Assembly (NCBI RefSeq): GCF_963921235.1
Contig: NC_086097.1
Location: 245,770,001 to 245,834,000, forward strand
Origin: Mobula hypostoma
Taxonomy: Eukaryota
DNA: 64,000 bases
Direction: 5' to 3'
In this document: piece after piece, positions 1 through 13,997 of the stretch
Numbering within the stretch: the first letter of the stretch is position 1
Layout of the letters: each line of letters starts with the position of its first letter
Position numbers and translations under genes: made by a program
The notes under the pieces: generated by a model
Told to the model about the DNA's origin: nothing
What the model saw: only the letters and a program-made list of their open reading frames with translations
The model's database searches: none

Positions 1-190
1 AATGATAGCTCGTTGAGGAAAATTCCAGAAATTGTAATGTAACTCGCAGCTCAATCAGAAGAGCAAACAGTTGTGACTTTGCGTAGAGATAGCAGCTAAC
101 TCCATGATAAAACTTTGAACTTTGAACTTCAAACGTGAGTGCATTGTCCTCACTGTCTGGAATGATCAGACGAATGTGTGAATGAAAATC

Positions 191-731
191 CACTCAGTGA
201 CCACTTTACCAGGTACAGCTGCTTGTTAATGCGAATATCTCATCAACCTATCATGTGGCAACAACTTGATGCATAAAGGCATGCAGACAGGGTCAAGAGG
301 TTCAGACCAAACGTCAGAATGGAGAGTAAATGTGATCTAAATGACGTTGATTGTTGGTGCCAGACAGAGTGCTTTGAGTGTCTCAGAAACAGCTGATCTC
401 CTGGGATTTTCATGCACAACAGTCTCTAGAGTTTACAGAGAATGGTTGAAAAAAAACAAAGAGCATCCAGTGAGTGGCAGTTCTGTGGGCGAAAATATCT
501 TGATAATGAGAGTGGTCTGAGGAGAATGGCCTGTCTGGTTCAAGCTGACAGGAAGGTGACAGTAACTCAAATAATCACGTGTTACAACAGTGGTGTGCAA
601 AGGGGCATCTCTGAATGCACAATGTGTCGAACCTTGAAGTGGATAGACCATGGTAGCAGAAGACCACAAACATGCAATCAATGGCCACTTTATTAGGTAC
701 TTCCTGTACCTAATAAAGTGGCCACTGAGTG
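191..731 (+). mobile_element. Tc1/mariner internally deleted non-autonomous DNA transposon
   Basis: TIRs cactcagtg(a/g)ccacttta...taataaagtggccactgagtg, followed by TA. Carries a decayed N-terminal transposase HTH (SETADLLGFS..TVSRVYREW). Confidence 0.85.
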
Positions 732-1829
732 TAGTAAACACCAGACGAGTGGGACACATAATGGTGTTTTTCTCTTTTATGGTAATACACACATTCTTAC
801 TCATCCAAAGCATATCACTGTGGCACATGATCGAAGTCTCTACTACCCTGTTAGATAATTAGAGGAGGGAGTTAAGTCATTTTGTTTTTTTGATGAATAG
901 GTTGTGTGTTGAGAAATAAATTGGACAAACTGCTAGTGAGCTCAGTAAACTCAAAATTTACCATTAGGGGGATGCTCAGGACAAATGTTGAGTTTGATAT
1001 GTATCTTCTGATTAATCCCCTATCAAACCAACCTACCGTCTGCCACAGCTCCAGTCCATTGGAATAATTCATGACTACACAGGCACAGTCTCTTTCAAAG
1101 CAGGTGATTTTATTTATTTATTTAGCAATACAGCACGGAGTGGGCCCTTCTGGCCCTTCAAGCCATGCTGTCTCAGCAACCCCTGACAAATCCAATTAAC
1201 TGTAACCTAATCAGGGGACAATTAACCTACCCGCTACGTCCACGGGGAGGGCGTACTGACTGAGTTTTCTGTGTTAGAGTCATAAAGTCATAGAACACTA
1301 CAGCACAGGAACAGGCCCTTTGGCCCATCTAGTCTGTGCTGAACCATTAATTTGCCATCAATCTGCACCTGGACCATAGGCCTCCATACCCCTCCCATCC
1401 ATGTCCTATTTAAAGTAATCCTAAATGTTGGAATCAAATCTGTATCTACCACTTGTTCCACACTCTCACCACCCTCTGAGAGAAGAAGCTCCCCCTCATG
1501 TTCTCCTTTAACAATTCACCTTTCACCCTTAACCCACAACCTCCAGTTGTAGTCTCATCTAACTTCAGTGGAAAAAGCCTGCTTGCATTCACCCTGTCTG
1601 TACCTCACATAATTTTGGTCTACCATCTATCAAATCTCCCCTCAGTCACATGGTGTAATTGGGCAGCACAGGCTCACTGGGCCAGAAGGGCCTGTTACAA
1701 TTCTGCATCTCCAAATAAATAAAAAATAAAGCTCATCTTTAATCATTTAACTGCACATGTACACCAAAATCCGTCTGTTCCTGCACACACTATAGAACTT
1801 TTTCATTTAGTAAACATGTCTGGTGGAAC

Positions 1830-3457
1830 TGGTTCTCATCCTCATCTGTCAGCTCCTCCCACTTTCTCCAAACTCAAGGTGTAGCCAAGGGCGCCTGTAT
1901 AAGCCTCAGCTATGCCTGCCTTGTCATTGGCTACGTGGAACAGTCCATGTTCCAAGCCTTCCATGGTAATGCTCCCAAATTCTTGGTTGGTGCGGCTGTA
2001 ATGAAACCAAATTTCCCTCGGGATTAATAAAGTATATCCATCTATCTATTCTTTCTGCTCTACATTGTTGGCCACATGGGTACTGCTTCATTTTCCCATG
2101 CTGAGCTCATCAATTTCAACAACTTTGCCTCCAACTTCCACCTTGCCCTTAAATTCACTCCATCCATTTCTGACACCTCTTTCCTCTCTTTGATCTCTCT
2201 GTCTCTATCTCTGGAGACTAGCTGTTGACTGACATCTTTTATAAGGCTACCAATTGCCATGGCTTTCTTGACTACGTCTCCTACAAAAATGCTATTCCTT
2301 TTTCTCAGTTGTTCATCTTGGCTGCATCTGTTCCCATGATGAGGTTCCCCTTTCCAGTACGCCAGAGATGTCCTCCTTCTTCAGAGATCAGATTTTCCTT
2401 CCTCCATCATTGATGCTGCCCTCAGTCGCATCTCCTCCATTTCCTGGACATCCGCGCTCACCCCATCTTCCCATCGCCTTAACAGTGATCTTGTCCTCAC
2501 CTACCACAGCATGAACCTCTGCATTCAGCACATCATTCTCCGTAACTTCCGTCATCTTCAGTGGAACACTACCATCAAACATGTCTTTACCTCCTCCCCA
2601 CTCTCCATATTCACAGGGAGCGAAACCTTCATGCCTCCCTTGTCCATTCGTCCCTCCGCACTAATCTCCCTCCTAGCACATCCCTGCAAAAAGTGCTACA
2701 CCATCCCGTTCACCTCCTCTCTCACCTCCATTCAGGGCCCCAAACAGTTCCTTCCAGGTGTGGCAACACTTCACCTGCGAATCCGTAGGGGTCGGTTACT
2801 GTATCCGGTGCTCCCGGTCCGGCATCCTTTACCCTGGGCAGACCCGACGTGGACTGGGGGACCAGCTGTGTCAAGCACCTTAGCTTCATCTACAAAAAGC
2901 AGAATTTCCCTGTGGCCAACCATTTGAATTACTGTCCCCATTCCCATTCTGACATGTTTATCCATGGCCTCCTCTTCTGTCACGATGAGGCCACTCTTAG
3001 GCTGAAGGAGCAACACCTCATATTCCATCTAGGTAGCCTTAACCTAATGATATGAACAAATTCCCTTTTTTATCCCTCCCCGTCCCATCCCCTTTTCTTC
3101 ATTTTCTCACTCTGGCCTCTTACCTCTTTTCCTCACCTCCCCCTAACGCCCTTCCTCCTTCCCTTTCTCCCATGGTCTACTCTCCTCTCCTAATAGATTC
3201 CTCCTTCTCCATTCCTTTACCTTTTCCCCTATCACTTCCCAGCTTCTTACTTCTTCCCCCCTCCCCCACCGTGCTGGCTTCCCCTATCACATTCCAGATG
3301 GTCCTCCACCCCCTCCCCCCACCTTCTTGTTCTGGCTTCTCTCGCCTTCCTTTCCAGTCCTGATGAAGAGTCTTGGCCTGAAGCGTCAGCTGTTTATTCA
3401 TTTCCATTGATGCTGCCTGACCTGCCGAGTTCCTCCAGCATTTTGTGTGTGTTGCTC
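1830..3457 (+). mobile_element. Penelope-like retroelement, decayed (RT C-terminus, GIY-YIG endonuclease, pyrimidine-rich pLTR)
   Basis: Frameshifted peptides TDIFYKATNCHGFLDY.S..KNAIPFSQ and PVANHLN..HSHSDMFIHGLL..LRLKEQHLIFHLGSL. Ends in the pLTR with a degenerate hammerhead motif at 3355-3392. Confidence 0.8.
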
Positions 3458-3680
3458 CATTTAGTCCATTCTGCTTCTCTCTGTTCTTTCTGCCAAAGTG
3501 TATCGCCTCATGCTTTTCTGAATTAGATTTTATCTGCTGCTTGTCAGCCTTTGCTAACTGTCCCATTTACAACCCTTTACTCTCCTCCTCACTATTTACC
3601 AAACCTGATGGAAGTTTAGCCTGACACAACCAATATCTTAGTCATTAAGGTACATCAAAAAAGGCAAGAACTGACTCCAG

Positions 3681-3980
3681 GGCAGCACAGTAGCCTAGCA
3701 ATTAGAGCAACGCTTTACAGCAGTCAGCTGTAAGATCAAGGGTTCAATTCCTGCCACTGCCTGTAAGGAATTTGTACGTTCTCCCCGTGATCGTATGGGT
3801 TTCCTCCAGGTACTCTGGTTTCCTCCCACATACGGCTCGAAGTTACTGAGTTGTGGGCACGCTGACTTGGTGCCAGCATGGTGGGTGACATTCTGGGGCT
3901 GCCCAGCACAGTTTCACTGATTTGATTTGATGCAAACAACCCATTTCACTGCACTCTGAGAAATAAAGATAATCTTTCAT
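3681..3980 (+). mobile_element. tRNA-derived SINE (HE1/V-SINE-like)
   Basis: A-box-like tagcctagcaa, B-box ggttcaattcc, and the conserved core gggtttcctccaggtactctggtttcctcccaca. Many related copies in the window. Confidence 0.75.
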
Positions 3981-4299
3981 CTTTGTATATGATCCCACTG
4001 TGCGAAGAAACTCCAGTTTACTACAACTCTCTGCTTTCTGCTTCTAAACCATTTCCTTATCCATTAATGATGCAAGATGGTTCAAAATATCCCTTTGCAA
4101 GACTCCAGGCCAGCAAATGCATCAACTCATAAATATGCATTCCAAACTCTTAAGAATTTTGTTGCCTGGACTTTGAGGGTAAGGTTGCCAGAAACAGCTG
4201 GGTTACTTACAGCCCACTGGAACCTTATAGATTCCTCACGAGTCGATCATTGACTCCACTGTATGTGTAACAAAGACTTCCTGACTCCTGGGTAAAGTT

Positions 4300-7025
4300 T
4301 TCACCTGCCGGGTTTTAGATGTTTCAGAAAGGACAGGGAGGGAGGCAAAAGAGGTGGGGATGTGGCACTGTTTATCAGAGAGAGTGTCACGGCTGCAGAA
4401 AAGGTGGACACCATGGAGGGATTGTCTATGGAGTCTCTGTGGTTGGAGGTTAGGAACAGGAAGGGGTCAATAACTTAACTGGGTGTTTTTTATAGACCAT
4501 CCAATAGTAACAGGGATATCGAGGAGCAGATAGGGAAACAGATCCTGGAACGGTGTAATAATAACAGAGTTGTCATGATGGGAGATTTTAATTTCCCAAA
4601 TATCAATTGGCATCTCCCCAGAGCAAGAGGTTTAGATAGGGTGGAGTTTGTTAGGTGTGTTCAGGAAGGTTTCTTGACACAATATGTAGATAAGCCTACA
4701 AGAGGAGAGGCTGTACTTGATCTGGTATTGGGAAATGAACCTGGTCAGGTGTCAGATCTCACAGTGGGAGAGCATTTTGGAGATAGTGATCATAATTCTA
4801 TCTCCTTTACAATAGCATTGGAGAGAGATAGGAACAGACAAGTTAGAAAAGTGTTTAATTGGAGTAAGGGGAACTATGAGGCTATCAGGCAGGAAATTGG
4901 AAGCTTAAATTGGTAACAGATGTTCTCAGAGAAAAGTACGGAAGAAATGTGGCAAATGTTCAGGGGATATTTGTGTGGAGTTCTGCATTGGTACGTTCCA
5001 ATGAGACAGGGAAGTTATGGTAGGGTACAGGAACTGTGATGTACAAAGGCTGTAATAAATCTAGTCAAGAAGAAAAGAAAAGCTTACAAAACATTCAGAG
5101 AGTTAGGTAATGTTAGGGATCTGGAAGATTATAAGGCTTACAGGAAGGAGCTTGAAAAGGAAATTAGGAGAGCCAGAAGGGGCCATGAGCATTGGCGGGC
5201 AGGATTAAGGAAAACCCCAAGGCATTCTACAAGTATGTGCAGAGCAAAAGGATAAGATGTGAAGAACCTATTAAGTGTGACAATGGGAAAGTGTGTATGG
5301 AATCGGAGGAAATAGCAAAAGTACTTAATGAATACTTTACTTCAGTATTCACTATGGAAAAGGATCTTGGTGATTGTAGTGCTGACTTGCAGCAGACTGA
5401 AAAGCTTGAGCATGTAGATATTAAGAAAGAGGATGTGCTGGAGCTTTTGGAAAGCATCAAGTTGGATAAGTCGCCGGGACCGGATGAGATATACCCCATG
5501 CTACTGTGGGAGGCGAGGAAGGAGATTGTTGAGCCTCTGGCGATGATCTTTGAATCATCAATGGGGACGGAAGAGGTTCCAGAGGATTGGAGGGTTGTGG
5601 ATGTTGTTCCTTTATTCAAGAAAGGGAGTAGAGATAACCTAGGAAATTATAGACCAGTGAGTCTTACTTCAGTGGTTGGTAAATTGGATGGAGAAGATCC
5701 TGAGAGGCAGGATTTATGAACATTCGGAGAGATATAAAATGATTAGGAATAGTCAGCATGGCTTTGTCAAGGGCAGGTCATGCCTTACAAGCCTGATTGA
5801 ATTTTTTGAGGATGTGACGAAACAAATTGATGAAGGAAGAGCAATAGATGTAGTGTATATGGATTTCAGCAAGGCATTTGATAAGGTACCCCATGCAAGG
5901 CTTATTGAGAAAGTAAAGAGGCATGGAATCCAAAGGGACATTGCTTTGTGGATCCAGAACTGACTTGACCACAGAAGGCAAAGAGTGGTTGTAGACAGGT
6001 CATATTCTGCATGGAGGTCGGTGACCAGTGATGTGCCTCAGGAATCTGTTCTGGGACCCTTACTCTTCGTGATTTTTATAAATGACCTGGATGAGGAAGT
6101 GGAGGGATGGGTTTATAAGTTTGCTGATTACACTAAGGTTGGAGGTGTTGTAGATAGTGTGGAGGGCTGACAGAGGTTACAGCGGGAAATTGATAGAATG
6201 CAAAACTGGGCTGAGAAGTGGCAGATGGAGTTCAATCCAGATAAGTGTGAAGTGGTTCATTTTGGTTGGTCAAATATGATTGCAGAATATAGTATTAATG
6301 GTAAGACTCTTGGCAGTGTGGAGGATCAGAGGGATCTTGGGGTCCAAGTCCATAGGACGCTCAAAGCAGCTGCGCAGATTGACTCTGTGGTTAAGAAGGC
6401 ATACTGTGTATTGGCCTTCATTAATCATGGAATTGAATTTAGGAGCCCAGAGGTAATGTTGCAGCTATATAGGACCCTGGTCAGATCGCACTTGGAGTAC
6501 TGTGCTCAGTTCTGGTTGCCTCACTACAGGAAGGATGTGGAAGCCATAGAAAGAGTGCAGGGGAGATTTACACGGATGTTGCCTGGATTGAGGAGCATGC
6601 CTTATGAAAACAGGTTGAGTGGACTTGGCCTTTTCACCTTGGAGCAATGGAGGATGAGAGGTGACCTGATAGAGGTGTATAAGATTATGAGAGGCATTGA
6701 TCATGTGGAAAGTCAGAGGCTTTTTCCCAGGGCTGAAATGGTTGCCACAGGAGGACACAGGTTTAAGGTGCTTGGGAGCAGGTGCAGAGATGTCAGGGAT
6801 AAGTTTTTTACTCAGAGAGTGGAGAGTGTGTGGAATGGGCTGCCAGCAACGGTGGTGAAGGCGGATACGATAGGATCTTTTAAGAGACTTTTAGATAGGT
6901 ACATGGGGCTTAGAAAAATAGAGAGCTGTGGGGAAGTCTGGTAATTTCTAAGGTAGGGATATGTTCGGCACAACTTTGTGGGCCGAAGGGCCTGTATTGT
7001 GCTGTAGGGTTTCTATGTTTCTATG
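4300..7025 (+). mobile_element. CR1 LINE, 5'-truncated ORF2 (APE C-terminus plus RT), pseudogenised
   Basis: GDFNFPNI, SDHNSI, KSPGPD, NYRPVSLTS, DFSKAFD, FADYTK and YCAQFW motifs broken by stops and frameshifts. Ends in a (ttctatgt)n tail. Confidence 0.95.
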
Positions 7026-7251
7026 CTAATCCCCTTTGCAACATTGTTTATCACAGAAGAAAAATCAATGAATTGAACTTTCACTGCTGTACGGTTTTTT
7101 TGAAGATGGGAGTCCTTCTCGAAGAGATCTCCATCAAATTTGTGTCAAAGGCATGTTATAATATAGTCCGGTATTTTATCTATGTTGCTCTGTTCAGAGA
7201 CAGAAGATGGTTTCATTTTTGATATGTGCAATGATTGGCCACATTTCTCTG

Positions 7252-7562
7252 GCCGCCGTGATACGGTAGCATAGCGGTCAGCGTAACGTTATTACAGCGC
7301 CAGTGGCCCAAGTTTAGCTTCACCGCTGTCGGTAAGCACTTTGTACATTCTCCCCGTGACCGCATGGGTTTCCTCCAGGTGCTCTGGTTTCCTCCCATAT
7401 TCCAAAATGTAGGGGTTAGGGTTAGTATGTTGAGACCATGCTCTGTTGGTGCTAAAGTGCGTGAACCTTGTGGGCTGCCCCCGGCATATCACCGATGCAA
7501 GTAATACATTTCACTGTATGTTTCCGTATTTTGATGTACATATGATAAATGAAGCTAAACTT
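7252..7562 (+). mobile_element. HE1/V-SINE-like SINE
   Basis: Same head and core as the 3681 copy. Confidence 0.7.
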
Positions 7563-7844
7563 TCAATATTTAAGAAGTAGACTGAGACAGCTTTCCATAT
7601 AGGGGTAGCATGGTAGCAGAGTAAATGTTACAGAGCCACTGACCCAGACCCAGGGGTGGGATCTATGTCACAGCTTCTCGCAAATTGTGAAGACCATAAG
7701 GCATAGGAGGAAAATTAGACCGCTTGACCCATCGAGTTTACTTATCATTTTCCCTCTCAGCCTCATCCTCCTGCCTTCTCCCCATAACCTTTGATGTTCC
7801 TACAAATTAAATAGTAATCAGCTGCTGGCGTGCCTTCTTCATAA

Positions 7845-8463
7845 TTCCTTGGTGTCCACATTTCCAAGGATCTCACCTGGTCCCTGAACCCCTCTATCCT
7901 GATCAAAAAGGCACAACAGTGCCTTTATTTCCTGCGGAGCATGAAGGAAGCTCACCTCTGTCCCAGGATACTGACAGACTTTTACCGCTGTACCATTGAG
8001 AGCATACTCACCAACTGCATCTCAGTGTGGTATCGCAATTGTCCCATATCAGACGGCAAAGCACTCCAGCGTGTGGTGAAAACTGCCCAGCGGATTATCG
8101 GCACCCAATTGCCCACCATTGAGAACATAAACGCTGCCTGGGCAGGGCGAAAAGCACTTTTTACTTTCCTCCCATCCGGTAGGCACTACAGGAGCCTCCG
8201 CTCCCACACCAGCAGGCACAGGAAGAGCTTCTTCCCTGAGGCTGTGGCACTGCTGAACCTCACATCACAGCGCTAAGCAGTATTACACCCATATTGTACT
8301 GTCTCAGTACTTTTATATTTGTGTGCTGTAGCACTTTTTTATTTGCAGTTATTTTGTAAATAACACTAGTCTTTGCATTTCTGGTCAGATGCTAAGTGCA
8401 TTTCATTGGCTTTGTATCTGTACTTGGCACAATGACAATAAAGTTGAATCTAATCTAATCTAA
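7845..8463 (+). mobile_element. Rex1/Babar-like LINE 3' fragment
   Basis: KKAQQCLYFLR..FYRCTIESILTNCISVWY..LPSGR..SFFP, then aataaag and a (taatc)n tail. Confidence 0.8.
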
Positions 8464-8465
8464 TT

Positions 8466-10700
8466 AGAATCATAGAACACTACAGCACAGAAACAAGTCC
8501 TTCAGCAAATCCAGTCCATGCTAAACTATTAATCTGCCTAGTCCCATTGACCTGCTCCCAGACCATAGCCCTTTGCATCCCTCCCATCCATGAACACATC
8601 CAAATTTCTCTTAAATGTTGAAATTGAACCTGCATCTAGCACTTCCACTAGCAGCTTGTTCCACACTCTCGCCACCCTTTTGGTGAAGAAATTCCCCCTA
8701 ATGTTCCCTTTAAACATTTCACCTTTCACCCTTAGCCCATAACCTCTAATTCTAGTCTCACCCAATTTCAGTGGAAAATAGCTGGCTTCCATTTACCCTA
8801 TCCATACCCCTCATAATTTTGTATACCTCTATCAAATCTCCTCTCATTCTTCTACACTCTAGGAATTTAAGTCCTAACCTATTCCAACTTTCCTCATACC
8901 TCAGGTCCTGGCCACATCCTCGTAAATTTTCCCTGCACACTTTCAATCTTATTGACATCTTTCCTGTAGGTAGGTGACCAAAGCAATACTTCAATACTCC
9001 AAATAATCCAACAATACTCCAAATAAGGCCTCACCAACATCTTATACAACTTCAACATATCGTCCCAGCTCCTGTACTCAATACTTTGATTTGAAGGGTC
9101 AGAGCCGTCTCTATTTCCTGAGGAGACTGAGGTCCTTTAACATCTGCCGGACGATGCTGAGGATGTTCTACGAGTCTGTGGTGGCCAGTGCTATCATGTT
9201 TGCTGTTGTGTGCTAGGGCAGTAGGCTGAGGGTGGCAGACACCAACAGAATCAACAAACTCATTCATAAGGCCAGTGATGTTGTGGGGATGGAACTGGAC
9301 TCTCTGACGGTGGTGTCTGAAAAGAGGATGCTGTCTAAGTTGCATGCCATCTTGGTCAATGTCTCCCATCCGCTACATAATGTACTGGGTGGGCACAGGA
9401 GTACATTCAGCCAGAGACTCATTCCACCGAGTTGCAACACAGAGCGTCATAGGAAGTCATTCCTGCCTGTGGCCATCAAACTTTACAACTCCTCCCTTGG
9501 AGCGTCAGACATCCTGAGCCAATAGTCCTGGACTTATTTCATAATTTACTGGCATAATTTACATATTACTATTTAACTATTTATGGTTCTATTACTATTA
9601 TTTATGGAGCAACTGTAACGAAAACCAATTTCACACGGGATTAATAAAGTATGACTATGACTATGACTATGATTTATGAAGGCCAATGTGCCAAAATCTT
9701 TCTTTACAACCCTATCTACCTGTGATGCCACCTTAAAGGAATTATGGATCTGTATTCTCAGAACCCTCTGTTCTACTGCACACCTCAGTACCTACTGCAC
9801 TGTGTGCCATGCTACCTGATCTGTCCTCCCAAAGTGCAACATCTGTGCCGTACTTTTCTATGACTCTGACTCCTATGACCACACACTTATCGGCTTTATA
9901 TTCTGGCTGTTATTTTTCAGCCTATTTCTGCAATTGATCCAGATCCCATTGCAAGCTTTGATAGTCTTCCTTGCTGTCCACTACACCCCAGTCTTGGTGT
10001 CGTCCACTAAGTTGCTGATCCATTTCACCATATTATCATCCAGATCATTCATATACTATAGACAACAAACAACAATGGACCCAGCACCGATCCCTGTGGC
10101 ATACCACTAGTCACAAGCTTCCAGTCAGAGAGGCAACCCTCTATTACCACTCTCTGGCTTCTCCCACAAAGCCAATGCCTAATCCAATTTGCTACCTCAT
10201 CTTGAATGGCAAGCGACCGAGCCTTCCTGACCAACCTCCCAAGCGGGACCTTATCGAATGCCTTCAAAATTCACTGGCTTGCCTGCACCAACTTTCTTGG
10301 TAATTTCCTCAAAAATCTCTATAAGATTGGTTAGACACAACCTACCGTGCATGAAGCCATGCTGACTATCCTTAAATCGGTCTATATCTATCAAGTCCCT
10401 TACAAAACCTTCTAATAACTTACCGACTACTGATGTCAGGCTCACTGGCCTATAATTTTCTGGCTTATTCTTCGAGCCTTTCTTAAACAATGATACAACA
10501 TTAATTAACTTCAAATCCTTTGACACCTCACACATGCCTAAAGACATCTTAAATGTCTTGCTGGGGCCCCTGCAATTTCTGCACTTGCAGGGTCTGAGGG
10601 AACATGTTGTCAGGCCCTGGGGATTTATCCACCCTAATTTGCCTCAAGACAGCAAGCACCTCTTCCTCTGTATCTGTATTCAGTCCATGACCTCACTGCT
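8466..10700 (-). mobile_element. CR1 LINE fragment, interrupted by a Rex1-like insertion
   Basis: Minus-strand peptides NYRPVSLTSVVGK, KAFDKVP, PQGSVLGP and RGDLIEVYKIM. Confidence 0.9.
9094..9670 (+). mobile_element. Rex1/Babar-like LINE 3' fragment nested in CR1
   Basis: KGQSRLYFLRRLRSFNIC..FYESVVAS..RKSFLPVAIKLYNS with a (ctatga)n tail. tgattt is duplicated at both junctions. Confidence 0.8.
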
Positions 10701-10737
10701 GATACCTGTGCATGTCTTTAAATAAATTGCTGAACAA

Positions 10738-11135
10738 CACTCAAAGGCCATTTTATTAGGTACACCTGCTTGTTAATGCAAATATCTCATCAGCCAACCA
10801 TGTGGCACCAACTCAGTGCATAAAAGCATGCAGACATGGGCAAGAGTTCAGTTGTTGTTCAGACCAAATATCAGAGTGGGGAAGAAATGTGATATTAAGT
10901 GACTTTAACTGGTGGATGATTGTTGATGCCAGACAGGGGGGTTTGAGTGCCTCAGAAACTGCTGATCTCCTGGGATTTTCACTCACAACAGTCTCTAGAG
11001 TTTGCAGAAAATGGTGTGAAAAATGACAAAACATCCAGTGAGCAGCAGTTCTGTGGGTGAAAATGCCTTGTTAATGGGAGAGGTCAGAGGAGAATGGCCA
11101 GACTAGGTCAAGCTGACAGGAAGGCAACAAGTAAC
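10738..11135 (+). mobile_element. Tc1-derived element, truncated
   Basis: Left TIR plus MIVDARQGGLSASETADLLGFS HTH remnant. Confidence 0.8.
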
Positions 11136-13997
11136 TTCGTATGACAAGCAAAATTAAACCGGGAATTAAAGAGTTAATATATGGGGAGCATTTACTGGCT
11201 GTAGTCCTGAACTCACTGGAGTTTAGACGATTGATGGGGATGTCGTCTATAGTATATGAATGACCTGGATGGTGACATGGTGAAATGGATCAGCAATTTA
11301 GCGGCTGACACCAAGATTAGGGTGTAGTGGACGGCAAGGAAGACTATCAAAGCTTGCAATGGGATCTGGATTAACTGCAGAAATGGCAGACAGAATTTAA
11401 TGCTGACAAGTGTGTGGTCATAGGAGTCAGAGTCATAGGAAAGTACGGCACAGATGTTGCACTTTGGGAGGGCAAACCAGGTAGCATGGCACATGGTACG
11501 GATGGCACACTTGATACCTATCAAGTATTGGAAGGCCCAGACAGAGTAGACATGGGGAGCATGTTTGGGAGGAATTTCTTCAATCAGCAGGTGGGGAATC
11601 TGTAGAATTTATTGCCACAGATGGACGTGGAAGCCAAGTCATTAGGTATATTTAAAACTGATGTTGACAGGTTCTTGATTAGTCAGGATGTTAAAGGTTA
11701 TGAGGGGAAGACACAAGAATAGGGTTGAGAGGGATAAAAAAAATCAGCCATAATGGAATGATGTAGCAGATTTAATGGGCTGAATGGCCTAGCTCTGCTC
11801 CTTTGTCTTTTGGCCTTGTGGTCTAATTCCAGGTGCATGAATAAATTATAGTTTACTCCATTGGATCCTAATGCATTTTCTCTCTTTGGAAAGTAGTATT
11901 GGGTGTTACAGTTTCCAGAGAGTTTAGGAGATGGAATGCAGTAACCATTGACTTTCAGAAACAGAATCAGGTTTACATTCACTTACATGCATCATGAAAT
12001 AGGTTGTTTTGCGACAGAAATACATAAAAATTACCATAATTTACAAAATAAATAAAAAGTGCAAAAAAAAGAGAGGATTAACGAGGAAGTGTTCGTGGGT
12101 TCATGCATCGTTCAGAAATCTAATGGTGGAGGACAAGATGTTCCGAAATCATTGAGTGCAGGTCTTCACACTCTTGTTACTACCAGTGCGGTACTTCCTT
12201 CAAGAAGAGGGTAGTCCCGAATGGTGAGGATGCTGCCTTTCTTGAGGCCCCTACCTGTTGAAGATGTTCCTGATGGCTGGATTTGGTCATAGCCTCCATG
12301 CCTGAAGTTAGCTCTGCTGTCGATGTGTCCTCCAAGTTCTTATACTGTGGTAGGTTTTTACCTGTGTTACATTTACCTCATCATTAATGTAAACAAAATT
12401 CCCTCAACATTTGGGCAGGAGTGTTGCTCGTACAAATGTTGAAGTGCACAAGAGCAAGGGCACCACCTTCTGGAGGTTTTGTGGCTTATCGATCTTATCT
12501 CACCATTACTGCGGGCTGATCGCAAGGCAGAGAGGACAAATGCAGACCTTTTGTTTGCTGTAATATGGTCGTGCTCAAGCTCTCCAAGCTTTCTAATTAT
12601 ACCACACGTTGCACATTGAATGATAACGGAGTGTGAGTGAACTGAGGGATCCAGGAATACACAACCATAAGCCCTCAAAAGTGGTGGCACAGGGAGATGG
12701 GGTCATAATTGGACTTAATAAATCAAAGTATTGAGTGCATGGTTTGGGATGTTATGTTGAAATTCTATAATACTAGTGAGGTCTAATTTGGAGTATTGTG
12801 TGCAGTTTGGTCACCAACCTACAGGAAAGATATAAATAAGAAAGAAAGAGTGCAGAGAAAATTTATGAGGATCACACACAAATTCTGGAGGAACTCAGCA
12901 GGCCAGGCAGCATCTATGGAAAAGAGTGAACAGTCAACGTTTCGGGCCAAGACCCCTGTAACCTTTACCCTTGAGGGTAACATGCCTGATAGATATTGCC
13001 AGAACTTGAGGACCTGAGTTATGGGGAAAGGTTGAATAGGTTAGGACTGTATTTTCTGAAGTGTAGGAGAACAGGGGGAGATGTGAGTGAAGTATACAAA
13101 ATTATGAGGGGTATCATTGACTTAAGGAGAACCTGAGGGGGAGGGGTTTCTTCACTCAGCTGGCGGTGCGAGTGTGGAACGAGCTGCCAGTGGAAGTGGT
13201 GGATGTGGGATTGATTGCAATATTTAAGAGAAGTGAGGAATTTATACCTTCTCCCCGTGACCGCGTGGGTTTTCTCAGGGTGCGCCGGCTCCCTCCCACG
13301 GTCTAAGTGTGTACGGTTAGCTGTAGTGGGCATGCTAAGTTGGTGCTGGAAGTGTGGCGACACTTATGAACAGACACCCCCACTCCAGCACATCGCAAAT
13401 GCCGACACCAACGATGCATTCTTGATGTTTCGATATACATATGACAAATAAAGCTAATCTTTATCTTCGGAATGAGTAGAGTTTGGTAAATGAATAGATA
13501 GCAGGGTGGAATAGAGTTGTGACATTATGTAGTGCTAACTGGTTTTGACAACCAATATAAGCATTATGTAGACTGCAGCATTGTCTAACAATGGGTCTGA
13601 GATCGCTGCCGACTAATGAAGTGATGACAGGTATTAGCATATGTAATGTGCTTTAATAGACATTTAATGACATTTAATTCAAGGAGGGGGAGAAAGACCT
13701 TCCCGGGGGAATAGTCTATCATTGAAACCCATTGATCACCAATTTAGGCAGTTTCACAGTGAAGAGGTTAATCCATCAATGCGTTAACTAAACAAGTCTG
13801 ATGGAAATTCTGTCGCTGACACTCTGCATGGCCTGAGCTTTCTGTTTTCACAAGTGAATGAGTGATATGACAACACGAAGCTCGCAACAGATTAAAATGA
13901 TTGATTTTTTTTCTCTTTGTAATAAGATCTAGAGACATATGGAACGACTTAGTTCACACCAGCACTGAAATGTACCACATTAAGTGGAAAATGAAAT

